The translations under genes and the position numbers were made by a program. The notes under the pieces were generated by a model. That model was not told the origin of the DNA. It ran no database searches and saw nothing but the letters and a program-made list of their open reading frames with translations. From NCBI GenBank assembly GCA_017517325.1, contig JAFWZW010000018.1, positions 8,061 to 72,060 on the forward strand: a DNA stretch of 64,000 nucleotides. Direction: 5' to 3'. This stretch comes from Clostridia bacterium. Lineage in GTDB: Bacteria > Bacillota > Clostridia > Oscillospirales > SIG627. Positions 1 through 12,721 of the stretch are shown here, in pieces; position 1 is the first letter of the stretch; every line of letters starts with the position of its first letter.

Positions 1-680
1 TTGTTAGCAACGAAAGCCTTAGCAGGCTCGTTGTCAATGATCACACACTGAACGTCACCACCCAGAAGGGCGTTAACGGCTTCGTTACCGGTGGTGAAGG
101 AGGTAACCAGATCATCGCCAAAATCATCGGTAGCGTAGATGTCGCCGGTGGTACCCAGCTGAACGCCTACCTTGTAAGCTGCGCCATCCGCATAGAGATC
201 ATCAACGCTCTTGATGGGGGAGTTTTCGGGAACGATGATGGACTGAACGCCGCTTGCGTAGCTGATGGAGAAGTCAACGTCCTCCAAACGCTTTTCGGTA
301 ACGGTCATACCTGCCAGACCAAAGTCAGCAGCGCCTTCGTCAACAGCGGTGATAATGGAATCAAACGCCATATCGGAGATCTCCAGTTCCAAACCGAGCT
401 TTTCTGCGATCTTAGCGGCAATCTCAGCATCGATACCGATGATCTTTTCGCCTTCGTAGTACTCGTAGGGCTGGAAGTAAGCGTTGGTGGCCATGATCAG
501 CTTGCCTTCCTTCACGGTAACAAGCTTGCCTTCGGCAGTTTCTTCAACGGTTTCTTCTACGGTTTCGGTGGCGGTGTTAACGCCGCCCTTTGCTTCTTCG
601 GTCTCGCCGCAGGATACCAGCGCAAAGAGAGAGCCGGCAACCATCAGCATAGCAAGAAGCAGTGCAACGATTTTCTTCAT
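1..680 (-). CDS. amino-acid ABC transporter substrate-binding lipoprotein (3' end cut by window edge)
   Basis: Reverse-strand ORF with ATG at 678-680 behind AAGGAG. The N-terminus MKKIVALLLAMLMVAGSLFALVSCGE is a signal peptide plus lipobox. The body (ATNAYFQPYEYYEGEKIIGIDAEIA, AGMTVTEKR) looks like a polar amino-acid binding protein. It is absent from the ORF track because it runs off the edge. Confidence 0.8.
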   Translation of the reverse strand, partial: MKKIVALLLAMLMVAGSLFALVSCGETEEAKGGVNTATETVEETVEETAEGKLVTVKEGKLIMATNAYFQPYEYYEGEKIIGIDAEIAAKIAEKLGLELEISDMAFDSIITAVDEGAADFGLAGMTVTEKRLEDVDFSISYASGVQSIIVPENSPIKSVDDLYADGAAYKVGVQLGTTGDIYATDDFGDDLVTSFTTGNEAVNALLGGDVQCVIIDNEPAKAFVAN

Positions 681-855
681 TTTATTTCTCCTTAATATAA
701 ATTTGGTAGTACATACCTTCTCTATATTATATACTTTTTTGTGTTTTCGTCAAGCAATCTGCTAATTTATTTACATTTCTCCTATCTTTTTTCAAAAAAA
801 TCAGTTCTAATCCCTTCTGTTTTCTCATAATTTTGTGATAAAAGGAGGCTTGACT

Positions 856-2025
856 ATGAAAAAAATTGCTCTGCGCTGCACCGCGCTGTTCCTTTCTCTA
901 CTGTTTCTGATCCTACCCGTCTCTGCTCTTTCTTCTCAAGAGGCTGTTCCTGCCGCAGTAGAATTGACCTTGCCATGCAAAAGTGCCGTTCTCATTGAGC
1001 AGACCACAGGCGAAATCCTCTACGAAAAGAATCCCGACGAGCGACTCCCCATTGCCAGCGTTACCAAAATTATGACCCTGCTTCTCACAATGGAAGCGTT
1101 AAAAACAGGCACTGTATCCATAGACGAAAACGTACCCATCAGTGAGGTGGCGGCTTCTATGGGGGGCAGTCAGGCTTATTTAGAGCACGGAGAAGTTATC
1201 TCCATGCGTGACGTTTTGAAGGCTGTTTTCGTTTCCAGTGCCAACGACGGAGCCGTTGCTCTGGCAGAAATGATCTCCGGAAACGTGGACAGCTTCGTAG
1301 CGGCAATGAACGAAAAGGCGGCGGCACTGGGAATGCACGATACGATCTTCTATAATCCAACCGGGCTTGACGATGGGGAAACCAATCTTTCCACCGCCCG
1401 CGACGTTGCCGTTATGTCAAAGGCGCTATTAGCTTTTGACGATATTTATGAATATACCAAGATCTGGATCGATTCGATCCGCGGCGGTGCCTTTGGGCTA
1501 TCCAATACCAACAAGCTCATTCGCTTCTATCCGGGGGCGACGGGGCTCAAGACCGGCTCTACGGCCAAAGCAAAATACTGTGTATCCGCTTCTGCCGAGC
1601 GAAACGGTCTGAAGCTATGTGCAGTGGTGCTGGCGGGCGAAAGCAGTGCAGACCGTTTTCAGGCGGCCAAGACTCTTTTAGACCACGGGTTTGCAAGCTA
1701 CGCCTTTTGTCAACCTGAAGTGCCCCAACTTGGAGAAATCCGTATTTGGGGAGGAACGCAGGATCGAATCATTCCTAAAGCCCAAAACAGCGGTTTCCTT
1801 CTTCCTAAAAGCGAAGCAAACGGGCTGGAGGTAAAGATTGAATTGCCCTCAGAATTACAGGCACCCGTTGAGGCAGGACAGGCTCTTGGCAAAATTCTCT
1901 ACCAAAAGGAAGGTGGAGTACTTCGAGAAGAGGTCATTACGGCAGAGACCTCCATCCCCGCCTTGGTATTTGGTGACATATTACGACGAATGTTTGCCCT
2001 CTTCTTCACGGGTCAATACGGTTAA
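856..2025 (+). CDS. D-alanyl-D-alanine carboxypeptidase (peptidase S11, low-MW PBP)
   Basis: AAAGGAGG sits 7 nt before the ATG at 856; the ORF track starts earlier, at a GTG at 835. Signal peptide present. SxxK motif (ASVTKIMT), SAND (SxN) and KTGST (KTG) motifs. Confidence 0.85.
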   Translation: MKKIALRCTALFLSLLFLILPVSALSSQEAVPAAVELTLPCKSAVLIEQTTGEILYEKNPDERLPIASVTKIMTLLLTMEALKTGTVSIDENVPISEVAASMGGSQAYLEHGEVISMRDVLKAVFVSSANDGAVALAEMISGNVDSFVAAMNEKAAALGMHDTIFYNPTGLDDGETNLSTARDVAVMSKALLAFDDIYEYTKIWIDSIRGGAFGLSNTNKLIRFYPGATGLKTGSTAKAKYCVSASAERNGLKLCAVVLAGESSADRFQAAKTLLDHGFASYAFCQPEVPQLGEIRIWGGTQDRIIPKAQNSGFLLPKSEANGLEVKIELPSELQAPVEAGQALGKILYQKEGGVLREEVITAETSIPALVFGDILRRMFALFFTGQYG

Positions 2026-2057
2026 AGATCTTCATTTTTTAATGAAGATCTTTTTTC
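2025..2057 (+). terminator. rho-independent terminator after the carboxypeptidase gene
   Basis: Perfect 12-bp stem aagatcttcatt / aatgaagatctt with a tttt loop, followed by a T-run. Confidence 0.8.
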
Positions 2058-2086
2058 TTGACAAACAGCACTCCTTTGAATATAAT
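2058..2086 (+). promoter_or_regulatory. sigma-70-type consensus promoter of the arsR-ATPase operon
   Basis: TTGACA (2058-2063), 17-nt spacer, TATAAT (2081-2086). Confidence 0.7.
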
Positions 2087-2088
2087 AT

Positions 2089-2110
2089 CAATTGAGCAAT
2101 TGTTCAATTG
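2089..2110. promoter_or_regulatory. 22-bp near-perfect palindrome, candidate ArsR/SmtB operator
   Basis: CAATTGAGCAATTGTTCAATTG differs from its reverse complement at 2 of 22 positions. It sits directly after the -10 box and before the repressor gene. Confidence 0.6.
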
Positions 2111-2133
2111 AAAGGAGGACGTATGAATAAACA

Positions 2134-2490
2134 ATGGAAGATTCATCCTTGATCACACCGTTTTTATTGCTATCGGAAGATGAGGCGGCAAAAAAGCAAG
2201 AGACAATGCCGCAAAAAAAGGAGCTTACTTCCCTTTCTTCATTTTTCAAAATGTTTGGCGATCAGACGCGCCTTCGCATTTTGTTCTATTTGGGGCAAGG
2301 AGAGCTTTGCGTTGGGGATCTGGCTGCTTTGATGGATATGTCCCCTTCTGCCGTTTCCCACCAATTAAAGCTCTTAAAGGCAACGGAGCTGGTAGCCTTT
2401 CGTCGTGAGGGAAAGACCCTCTTTTATTCCCTTGCGGATCACCACGTTATGGATATTACAAAAATCGGATTGGAGCATATCAGAGAATGA
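2134..2490 (+). CDS. ArsR/SmtB-family metal-sensing transcriptional repressor (CadC-like)
   Basis: The winged-HTH signature FKMFGDQTRLRILFYL...ELCVGDLAALMDMSPSAVSHQLKLLK is typical of ArsR/SmtB. The stop overlaps the ATPase start (ATGA). The exact start is uncertain. Confidence 0.85.
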   Translation: MEDSSLITPFLLLSEDEAAKKQETMPQKKELTSLSSFFKMFGDQTRLRILFYLGQGELCVGDLAALMDMSPSAVSHQLKLLKATELVAFRREGKTLFYSLADHHVMDITKIGLEHIRE

Positions 2491-4598
2491 GAAAGCAATA
2501 TCAAATTGAAAATCTTGACTGCGCCCATTGCGCTATGAAAATGGAAGAAGCCGCAGGAAAAGTTGAAGGCGTTGAATTTGTCAACGTAAACTTTTTATCG
2601 ATGAAGTTGACCTTGGAAGCAGAGGACAAGTCCTTCCAAAAGGTATTTCATCAGGTTGAAAGGGCTTGCCGAAGCGTAGAGCCCGACGTTATATTCCACG
2701 AAAACCGTTACCGCCTTTCAGGTGACCAAAAAAAGGAGATCATACAGATTGCAGTTGCCACGTTCTTTTTTCTGTTTGCCAAGGTACTGGAAGTGGTTGG
2801 GATCACCGAAGAAGGAACTCTCCTTTCCCTTCTCACCTTTTTACCCGCCTATCTGACGGCCGGGTTTCATGCCCTGCGCAAGGCAATATGGGGTCTGTTT
2901 CACGGAAAGTTCTTCGATGAAAACTTCTTGATGGCCATTGCCACCGCAGGTGCCTTTGCCATCGGCGAAGCCGGCGAAGGCGTTATGGTAATGCTTCTTT
3001 ACAGCATCGGTGAATTTTTTCAAGAGCTGGCAGTATCCAAAAGCCGCCGCAACGTTGCGGAGCTGATGAATATCCGCCCGGACGGTGCCAATCTCTTAGA
3101 AAACGGTAATTTGAGACGCGTTCAGCCTGAAGAGGTACCGGCGGGAAGCCTTATCGTTATCAAACCCGGTGAAAAAATTCCCCTCGACGGAGTCGTAACG
3201 GATGGTACCGGCTTTCTGGATACCGGTGCACTCACTGGTGAAAGTGTTCCGAAAGAAGTAAATCCCGGCGATACGGTTACCAGCGGATGCATTAATATGA
3301 ACGGCGTTCTCACCGTAAAAACTCAAAAAGAATTTGGAGAAAGCACCGTATCAAAAATTTTGGCTCTCATTGAGGATTCCGGGAACGGAAGATCCAATGC
3401 CGAGCGCTTCATTACCCGCTTTGCTCGTTTCTATACCCCAACAGTGGTGATCCTTGCCTTGCTACTTGCCGTCGTTCCCCCTTTGTTTGGCGGAAATATC
3501 AGCACCTGGGTACACAAGGCAGTCACTTGTCTTGTTATATCCTGCCCGTGTGCACTTGTTATTTCGGTACCTCTCAGCTTTTTCGGCGGAATTGGTTGTG
3601 CAGGAAGCTACGGCATCCTGATCAAAGGTGCCGACTGCTTAGAGAAACTTGCCAAGGTTCACACTTGTGCGTTTGACAAAACAGGCACCCTCACAAAAGG
3701 TAACTTTCAGGTCACTGCGATCCACCCTGAAATCATAAGCGAAGAGGCACTCCTTGAACTCGCTACCGCTTGCGAGCACTATTCCGATCACCCCATTTCC
3801 CTTTCGTTGAAAGCGGCTTTTAACGGAAAAATCGACCCCGTTCGCATTGGGAAAATTCAGGAGCGAGCCGGCTTTGGTGTGGAAGCAGAGCTTGACGGAA
3901 AAACTTACTTTGTAGGAAACGAAGCTCTTTTAGAGGAAGCGGGCATTGCCATTCTCCCGTGCTCTCACGGTCATCACAGCGGAACGGTGGTCCACATTGC
4001 CGGAGCCAAGGAATATTTAGGTCATATCGTCATTTCTGACGAGCTCAGAGATGATTCCAACGAAGCGATTCAGAGATTAAAAGCCCACGGCGTAAAACGC
4101 ATCTGCCTGCTTTCAGGTGATAAAGAGAACATAGCGCGAGACATTGCACAGCAAGTAGGCATTACAGAAGTTATGGCTGAATTACTACCGGAAGACAAAC
4201 TGAATATTGTGGAAGCTTATCGCAAGGACTGCCCTGAAGGAACCGTAGTTTTCGTAGGTGACGGCATTAACGATACCCCCGTACTTGCCAGAGCGGATCT
4301 TGGCGTTGCCATGGGTAGTATCGGTGCAGACGCTGCCATCGAAGCCGCAGACGTTGTATTAACGGGAGATAAGCCTTCCAAGCTTGCTCACGGCATTACC
4401 ATCGCAAAGAAAACACTTAGAATCGTTTGGCAAAACGTAATTCTATCCATCGGCATCAAGCTTTTTGTTCTGATTCCCAACATCTTTTTGGGCGAGGAAA
4501 GCATTCCCCTCTTCCTTGCGATCTTTGCTGACGTCGGTGTTTGCCTCATTGCCATTCTCAATGCTACCCGCACTCTACGCACAAAAGAAAGAAAATAA
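2487..4598 (+). CDS. heavy-metal translocating P1B-type ATPase (Cd/Zn/Co-type)
   Basis: N-terminal HMA domain with CAHCAMKME. Transmembrane CPC motif (SCPCALVISVP), DKTGTLT phosphorylation site and GDGINDTP hinge. Confidence 0.9.
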   Translation: MRKQYQIENLDCAHCAMKMEEAAGKVEGVEFVNVNFLSMKLTLEAEDKSFQKVFHQVERACRSVEPDVIFHENRYRLSGDQKKEIIQIAVATFFFLFAKVLEVVGITEEGTLLSLLTFLPAYLTAGFHALRKAIWGLFHGKFFDENFLMAIATAGAFAIGEAGEGVMVMLLYSIGEFFQELAVSKSRRNVAELMNIRPDGANLLENGNLRRVQPEEVPAGSLIVIKPGEKIPLDGVVTDGTGFLDTGALTGESVPKEVNPGDTVTSGCINMNGVLTVKTQKEFGESTVSKILALIEDSGNGRSNAERFITRFARFYTPTVVILALLLAVVPPLFGGNISTWVHKAVTCLVISCPCALVISVPLSFFGGIGCAGSYGILIKGADCLEKLAKVHTCAFDKTGTLTKGNFQVTAIHPEIISEEALLELATACEHYSDHPISLSLKAAFNGKIDPVRIGKIQERAGFGVEAELDGKTYFVGNEALLEEAGIAILPCSHGHHSGTVVHIAGAKEYLGHIVISDELRDDSNEAIQRLKAHGVKRICLLSGDKENIARDIAQQVGITEVMAELLPEDKLNIVEAYRKDCPEGTVVFVGDGINDTPVLARADLGVAMGSIGADAAIEAADVVLTGDKPSKLAHGITIAKKTLRIVWQNVILSIGIKLFVLIPNIFLGEESIPLFLAIFADVGVCLIAILNATRTLRTKERK

Positions 4599-4615
4599 CA
4601 AACAGATTCGTTCTG

Positions 4616-4649
4616 CAAAAAAAGAAAGCCCGAAGGCTTTCTTTTTTTG
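4616..4649. terminator. bidirectional terminator between convergent genes
   Basis: Stem gaaagcc / ggctttc flanked by an A-run and a T-run. Confidence 0.75.
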
Positions 4650-4654
4650 TTTGA

Positions 4655-7357
4655 TTATTTCTGGATGATGTAACGGTTGCTCTCTGCAGCGGTGATCACC
4701 TTCCAGAGGTTCTCGTACATATCTTCGTACTGTTTCACCAAAAGCTTGGTATTTGCATCAAAGGTTTCGTATTCATCTACACGGAGAGGCGTATTGTTGT
4801 TACGACGGCCTACGGTACGAACCGCATACCAACGGAACACTTCAGCGCGGCGTGCAGGGAGATAAATGGAATACTCTCGGGCACCTGCATAGGGAGAATA
4901 GGTCGTGCTGGTGGTTTCAGCAGGCATATAAATGGGATTACCGGCTCTATCGGTCACAACGTTACCTTCGGCATCCTTGTAGGTGGCAAGCGCCATCATA
5001 TCCATATTATAGTTCTTTTCTACGGATGTAGAACCAATTACGGTAACGTTATAGTCGGAAAGCATAGGCTGGATCAGCTGACAAGCAATGTAGTAGATGC
5101 TCTTGTATTCGTGCTCGCCGTAGGTTACGGTACCGTCTTTATACTTGATGTAAGGACGGATGGTATAGAAGGTGTTAAAGTCATCGAAATCGTTGTAGAT
5201 TCCGTTGCCGTTGGCACCGCCGTAGACCACGGTATAGGTCTTGTTGCCGTCGCTATCGGTATCGTAGGGATTCTCCAGATCGGCTACGGGCAAGGTGTGC
5301 ACGGTGTAAACGCCGCTGGGCTTTCCACCGTATTCTTCATAGGAAATGAAGGAATCAGAATCGTTGGGAGTTGCAGAAGTTGCGAAATACTTTTCAGCAT
5401 TGGTGGAGAGGTTCACCCACTTGCCGTCTACAATGCCGTAAAGAACGGGGTTATCGTAAGCATAGTAAGCCACGGAGGAAATCCCGAGTTTCAGCTGCAT
5501 AGAGCGAACCACTTCGGTGGGAGCCACGATGGCACCAACCTCGGCAATTTCTTTTTCCGTTGCAGGAACGTTGATCTTAATTCTGATCTTTTGTGCTTCT
5601 GCGTTATCCACACGGATGCTAGCACCTGCATAGCTGGGCTGAACGTAGCCTTCTGCGGGCTCCTTGCCTGCGGTAAAGAACACGGGGTTCAGAGCGGAAG
5701 GCGTTGCGACCTTGCGGTTGGAAACGGAAGAATAATCGGTGGTGAAGGGCTCAACGTCCCAAACGGTGGCACCGGAAATACTCTTCCAGTAGAAATTGTA
5801 GGTACCGTACTTATCGCCCTCGGTCAAACCGGTTCTGTCAGGATAACGGAACAGGTAATTCACCTCGGTGAAGGAGCCGGGCATATTGTAAACGTAACGG
5901 GGAAGGGTAAGAGAAAGAGTATGGGTATCTCTGCCCACGTTGTTATCCAACTGAATGGACTGGCTAACGGTAAACATTTCAGGAACAGCGGTGGTGCAGG
6001 TATCGGGGTTGTACTTGCCGTTGATCACCACCCAAGGCAGACGGTATTCATAAACCGTGGTGCCGTAGGTGCCGGAGCGGAGAGATTCCTTGATGCCGGT
6101 GCGGGTGATGGGATCGCTGGTTTCTTCGCCTGCGCCCATATCGCCGCCGAAGCCGTCATCCAGCATTGCATCGTCATCGGTGTTTTCTTCCGCAGGGGGT
6201 GTGGTCTTAACGGGTGCGGGGGTGTGAACAATGCTGTAGTCAACACCGGAAACCTGAACCTGGTTGTAGGTTGCTTCGGGGTTGCCGAACTTTGCCAAAA
6301 TGGGAGCTGTAGAGGCAACGTTGGTGGATGCGTTTACGTAGGTACGAATAGAGCCGAGAATATTGGACTGAGCCTTATCGGCTGTCAACTGTCTGCGGTA
6401 GTAGCTGGCATAATCGTAACTGTAGGAGAAGACGTAGGGGCTGTTGGACATTGTCGTACCCCAGTAGTTGGAGTTATTGTAGTACACGTACTTATGAGCG
6501 GGTTCATATACCTCAATAGCATAGTAGAGATACTGATCGTCATAGCGTGCGTAGAGGTTGACTTCTTCGGGAACGGGAACGTGGTCTCTCTTAAGATAGG
6601 CAACACGGGCAACGGAGGTGTTGGTGCTGGAACGGGTGAAAAGACGGTCGGTGACGATGCGGGTGCCGTGATAATAGGTCTTTGCCTTAAATTCGGGTGC
6701 CTTGCCGTCCACAGCCTCAACGGGCTTATAGTTGCTACCGACCTTGGTGTAGTAATCCATATAATTGGTTTCCCAATTTACAGGCTCGCCGCCGTCGAGA
6801 CGCTGAACACCGGCAAGAACGTAGTTGCCGGAATTATCCATAGCGGTGTACTGATCGAAGTTATCCTCGGTTACCTTGTAAGCTCTTACAAAGTTCTTAG
6901 TTTCTTCATTGTGGAAGTAATAGTTGGTAGAAGCAGCAAAGGAGGATGCTTCCAGATAATAGGTATAAAGATAGCCAAAGGGATTGTTAGTCTCAATATT
7001 GGCGATGGACTTCCAGATCTCTTCGGGCGTATCGGAGGTGGGGTAAACGTAATAGTCACCGTTATCCTTCAGTTTATACTCACCGTTGTCAAAATCATCG
7101 CGATAGTTGGTGGCAGTGGTGGTGTACCGATAGGCGTAGGTGGCAATGGGCTCACCGTAACCGTCGCTCTCCGTTACGAGACCGTCGATCTTGGGAACCG
7201 CTCTCCCCGCCTTGACCTCATAAATATAGTTGTGTTCCTGGCTAAAATCCTTCCAAGCGTTGGCAGAAGGAGAGTAGGGCACGGCAGCAGCAAAAATAGA
7301 AAATGCCGGAACTACCACAGCCAGAGCAAGCACCAAAGCAAGAATCCTCTTTTTCAT
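4655..7357 (-). CDS. large secreted protein of unknown function (900 aa, Tyr/Asn/Thr-rich)
   Basis: Clear signal peptide MKKRILALVLALAVVVPAFSIFAAA. No motif I can assign. Acidic low-complexity insert (EENTDDDAMLDDGFGGDMGAGEE). No sortase motif or anchor seen. Confidence 0.6.
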   Translation of the reverse strand: MKKRILALVLALAVVVPAFSIFAAAVPYSPSANAWKDFSQEHNYIYEVKAGRAVPKIDGLVTESDGYGEPIATYAYRYTTTATNYRDDFDNGEYKLKDNGDYYVYPTSDTPEEIWKSIANIETNNPFGYLYTYYLEASSFAASTNYYFHNEETKNFVRAYKVTEDNFDQYTAMDNSGNYVLAGVQRLDGGEPVNWETNYMDYYTKVGSNYKPVEAVDGKAPEFKAKTYYHGTRIVTDRLFTRSSTNTSVARVAYLKRDHVPVPEEVNLYARYDDQYLYYAIEVYEPAHKYVYYNNSNYWGTTMSNSPYVFSYSYDYASYYRRQLTADKAQSNILGSIRTYVNASTNVASTAPILAKFGNPEATYNQVQVSGVDYSIVHTPAPVKTTPPAEENTDDDAMLDDGFGGDMGAGEETSDPITRTGIKESLRSGTYGTTVYEYRLPWVVINGKYNPDTCTTAVPEMFTVSQSIQLDNNVGRDTHTLSLTLPRYVYNMPGSFTEVNYLFRYPDRTGLTEGDKYGTYNFYWKSISGATVWDVEPFTTDYSSVSNRKVATPSALNPVFFTAGKEPAEGYVQPSYAGASIRVDNAEAQKIRIKINVPATEKEIAEVGAIVAPTEVVRSMQLKLGISSVAYYAYDNPVLYGIVDGKWVNLSTNAEKYFATSATPNDSDSFISYEEYGGKPSGVYTVHTLPVADLENPYDTDSDGNKTYTVVYGGANGNGIYNDFDDFNTFYTIRPYIKYKDGTVTYGEHEYKSIYYIACQLIQPMLSDYNVTVIGSTSVEKNYNMDMMALATYKDAEGNVVTDRAGNPIYMPAETTSTTYSPYAGAREYSIYLPARRAEVFRWYAVRTVGRRNNNTPLRVDEYETFDANTKLLVKQYEDMYENLWKVITAAESNRYIIQK

Positions 7358-7530
7358 AACTCTTAACCTTTCTCAGTTCAAATATGTACTTTGAACCTAT
7401 TTTGTCTTATGTATATCCTATTCTATCATAGACGAATATAAAAATCAAGTAATTTTATGACTATTTTGTGCTCGATTTCTTGTGTATTTTCAATAAAAAG
7501 GAGTGCAGAAATTTTCTGCACTCTCAAAAA

Positions 7531-9528
<1,998 letters not shown>

Positions 9529-11812
9529 TTATTTTTCCTCTACATTCAAATGCGTGATCCAAGGCAGCCTCAACACTCAGTGCCTCGGAAACGATACGGA
9601 TTCCGTAAAAGCCCGGTCGGATCCTCACGCTGGCGCCCCGTTCAGCAGTTTCTCTGGGAACGAGCCCCAAAAGCTTCGCCTTATTTTCTTCTTTCGGGCT
9701 ATAGCGCAGCTGTGTCACGTAGATCTCCGGTGTGGCACGGAATTCTTTTCTGCAAGTTTCCTCGCTTTTTTCTTTGATGACCCCTAAAAGGCGGGCAGTC
9801 ATCAAATGATGATCGTAAAGCCAGCGTTCCTTTTCTCCCTCTGCACGAAGGGGGATCTGCTCCTGCGGGGTATGATCCAAGGAAAAGAAGGTGACCTTAC
9901 CGCCGCGGCTCTCGATATGGGCACCCAAAAGCCTCGGCAGGGTATCGGGCAGAAGAAACTCCCGTTTGCCCGATTCCAGTTGTTTTTCAATGAGATACAG
10001 CCTGATCTTCTCTGTATCCGCAATTTTTTCTCCGTCAACAAAAAGCTTCACCCCTCGGTCGAAAACCTCAAGGCAAACACCTTTTTCTCTGGTACCATTG
10101 TATGCGGCCCATCCGCTTTTTATGGCAGCCTCCGAAAGATAGCGTGCGGCGGCTCCGCCGAAGCCAAGGCTTCTGCCTCCGCCGTGACCCATTTCACGGG
10201 CAAGCAGATCCACGTACTGCTCCAAAAGCCCCCCTTGAAAACGGAGTTGCCCCACAGCGTGCTTCCCTTCTTCACCGTGGAAGCGTGCAATGCGCCCCGC
10301 ATCTCCGGGTAGCAAAGAAAAGCCATCCTCACGAAAGGCGAAAGCCAGTCCCCTTGCATCGGCAGTGCTTAAAAACACCACAGGCAAACGGTAGCGTGAG
10401 GCTGCAAAGGAGGCCATCTCCATCGTACCGTCCCCAAAAAGGCGGGCTTCACCGCCGCCCTTGATCACACCGGCGGCGAAGCGGGTAGCAAAATAGGCGC
10501 TCCCCGCTTCCCTTTCATCCCAAAGCACCCCAACTGCACCGGAAAAGGCGTGAGAAAAGGCGAGACCCAGCTTTTGTGCATCCTCCGAGGTCAGCCCCGG
10601 AAGGGTTCCCGCAGAGGCGCCCAGTTCCGTAAAGACCAAGGAATCCTCGCGAAAGGAAGGGAGACGGGAGATCACCGAAAAGGGAGGATATTTCTTTCCT
10701 CTTTTGCTTACGGCACCGGGCATCATTACGCTTCCTGCCCCCAAAATACTGCCGGGCAGAGCCATAGCTCCTTCACGCACGGTGACGTTTTCGCAAAGAA
10801 GGGCATCGCGTGCCAAGGCACCTTGCTCCAATTTCGCCCGTTCCATAATCAGAGCGCCGGATGCCCTGGCACCTGCGTCAACGGTGGCACCGGGAGAAAT
10901 AACGGTGCCTGATTCAATTACGGCGTCTTTTGAGACCTTAGCGCCGTCAGAGATGAAGTAATGCCCCTTACCGTCAGCACCGGGAACGGTGTTGCCTTGG
11001 ATAGGCAGATAGGTTTTCACCCTACCGTCAAGAAGATCCTGATTACATCGGTAGAGTGCGGGGATCTTTCCGATATCGCACCAATATCCCTCGTCCTTAT
11101 AGCCGTAGAGTGCGCAGCCCTCACGCAAAAGAAGGGGAAAAAGATCCCGTGCGAAATCAAAGGTCTTTCCTTCCGGGATCCGATCCAGGATCTTGGGAGA
11201 TAGTATATAGACACCCGTATTAACAAGATCGGAAAAGGTTTCGGACCAATCCGGCTTTTCCGCAAAAGCAAAAATGCGTTCAAAGGTATCCGCAAGCACC
11301 ACACCATATTCCAAAGGCGTTTTTACGCTGGATAAAACGATGGTCACGTCTGCCTTTTTTTCTTTGTGAAAACGGGTTGCCTCCGTCAGATCAAAATCAC
11401 AGAGGGCATCACCGCTCATAACGAAGAAAAGTTCCTCATCCAAAAGCTTAGATTCCAGAAGCTTGACCGCCCCTGCAGTTCCCATAGGCGCATCCTCGCG
11501 GGAATAGGACAGGTCCATACCAAAGGCGCTTTTTCCGTAACGGTGACGGATCTGATCCGCCAGATAATGGGTAGTCACAAAGGCCTCGGTCACACCGTGA
11601 TGAGCCAAAAGGGACAGGCAATAATCCATTACGGGTCTGGCCAGAACCGGAACCAGTGGTTTGGGTCTTGTATCGGTAATGGGACGAAGCCGCTCGCCAC
11701 GCCCACCTGCTAAAATAACTGCTTTCATACGTGCCTCCGAGAAAATAGATTTATTCCTATTTTCTCCCGCGGGCACCGCGGCTATTCTCGCCGATCCAAA
11801 GAATCCTTATTT

Positions 11813-12721
11813 TTACGCTTCCCCATCAGGGGGGAAATTTTTGATCTTCACCAGTTTTTTTGCGCCCTCTTCCTCGCGGATCTCACCCAAGGCAAAGAAG
11901 GCGCCGCCCTGATACAAGCGGTATCGGCTTCCCGTGATAGCGGAATCAAGCCCTAATTTTTCCACGTTCACCGCACAACCGTTGGCAATCAGCCGATCAA
12001 AAAAGGGCGGAAGCTCAAAGACGGGATGGGAGCGAAACAGCCATTGAGTAGGAAGAAGGCATGCTTCCCGTTCTTCCCGATCCATTTCTTCAAGACGGGA
12101 AAGGGGAACGGCCGTATCCAGTCCAAGCCCTGCGCTTTCCTCACGCTCCAGCGCACTCATTGCCCCCAGCACCCCTACCTTGGCGCAAAGATCCACCAGA
12201 AGGGTGCGGATATACGTTCCCCTTGAGACCTTGGCACGAAACACCGCCTCTTCCTTGGAAAAAGACAAAAGTTCAAAGGAATGAACGGTAACCGGACGCG
12301 GCTTTCTTTCAATGGTAATGCCTGCACGGGCATATTCATACAGTTTTTTTCCGTCCACCTTAACGGCGGAAACCATAGGAGGGATCTGTCGGTACTCCCC
12401 CAAAAACTCCTTCATTGCCGCTTCCAGCACAGGCCGTTGCGGTCTGGCGGCATCCTCCTGCAAAACCTTCCCCCATACGTCTTCCGTATCGGTGGAGATT
12501 CCGAATCGAAGGGCGGCGCGATAGGTTTTGGTATCCTCAGGGATCAGGTCACAGGCCTTGGCGGCGTTCCCCACTAAAATGGGAAGCACACCGGTGGCAT
12601 CCGGATCCAGCGTGCCTGCGTGACCCACCTTTCGGGTACCCAAAAGGAAACGGACCTTTGCTACCACGTCGTGGGAGGTGAAGCCCTTTTCCTTATATAC
12701 GTTTAAAATGCCGCTTTTCAA
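11813..12721 (-). CDS. truB: tRNA pseudouridine(55) synthase
   Basis: GHAGTLDPDATGVLPILVG catalytic Asp motif. TTG start overlaps the nrnA stop (TTGA). Confidence 0.9.
   Translation of the reverse strand: MKSGILNVYKEKGFTSHDVVAKVRFLLGTRKVGHAGTLDPDATGVLPILVGNAAKACDLIPEDTKTYRAALRFGISTDTEDVWGKVLQEDAARPQRPVLEAAMKEFLGEYRQIPPMVSAVKVDGKKLYEYARAGITIERKPRPVTVHSFELLSFSKEEAVFRAKVSRGTYIRTLLVDLCAKVGVLGAMSALEREESAGLGLDTAVPLSRLEEMDREEREACLLPTQWLFRSHPVFELPPFFDRLIANGCAVNVEKLGLDSAITGSRYRLYQGGAFFALGEIREEEGAKKLVKIKNFPPDGEA

Noticed and set aside
2123-2152. 9-codon uORF (MNKQWKIHP) between the RBS-like AAAGGAGG and the arsR ATG
   Set aside because: It is only 4 nt from the GGAGG, which is too close. Nothing supports a leader-peptide mechanism for ArsR-type operons. 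It mainly shows that the true arsR start is uncertain.
5111-7366. 751-aa ORF on the + strand
   Set aside because: It lies entirely antisense to the well-supported 900-aa secreted-protein gene. The translation is G/V/I-rich low complexity, and there is no RBS. It is a shadow ORF produced by codon bias.
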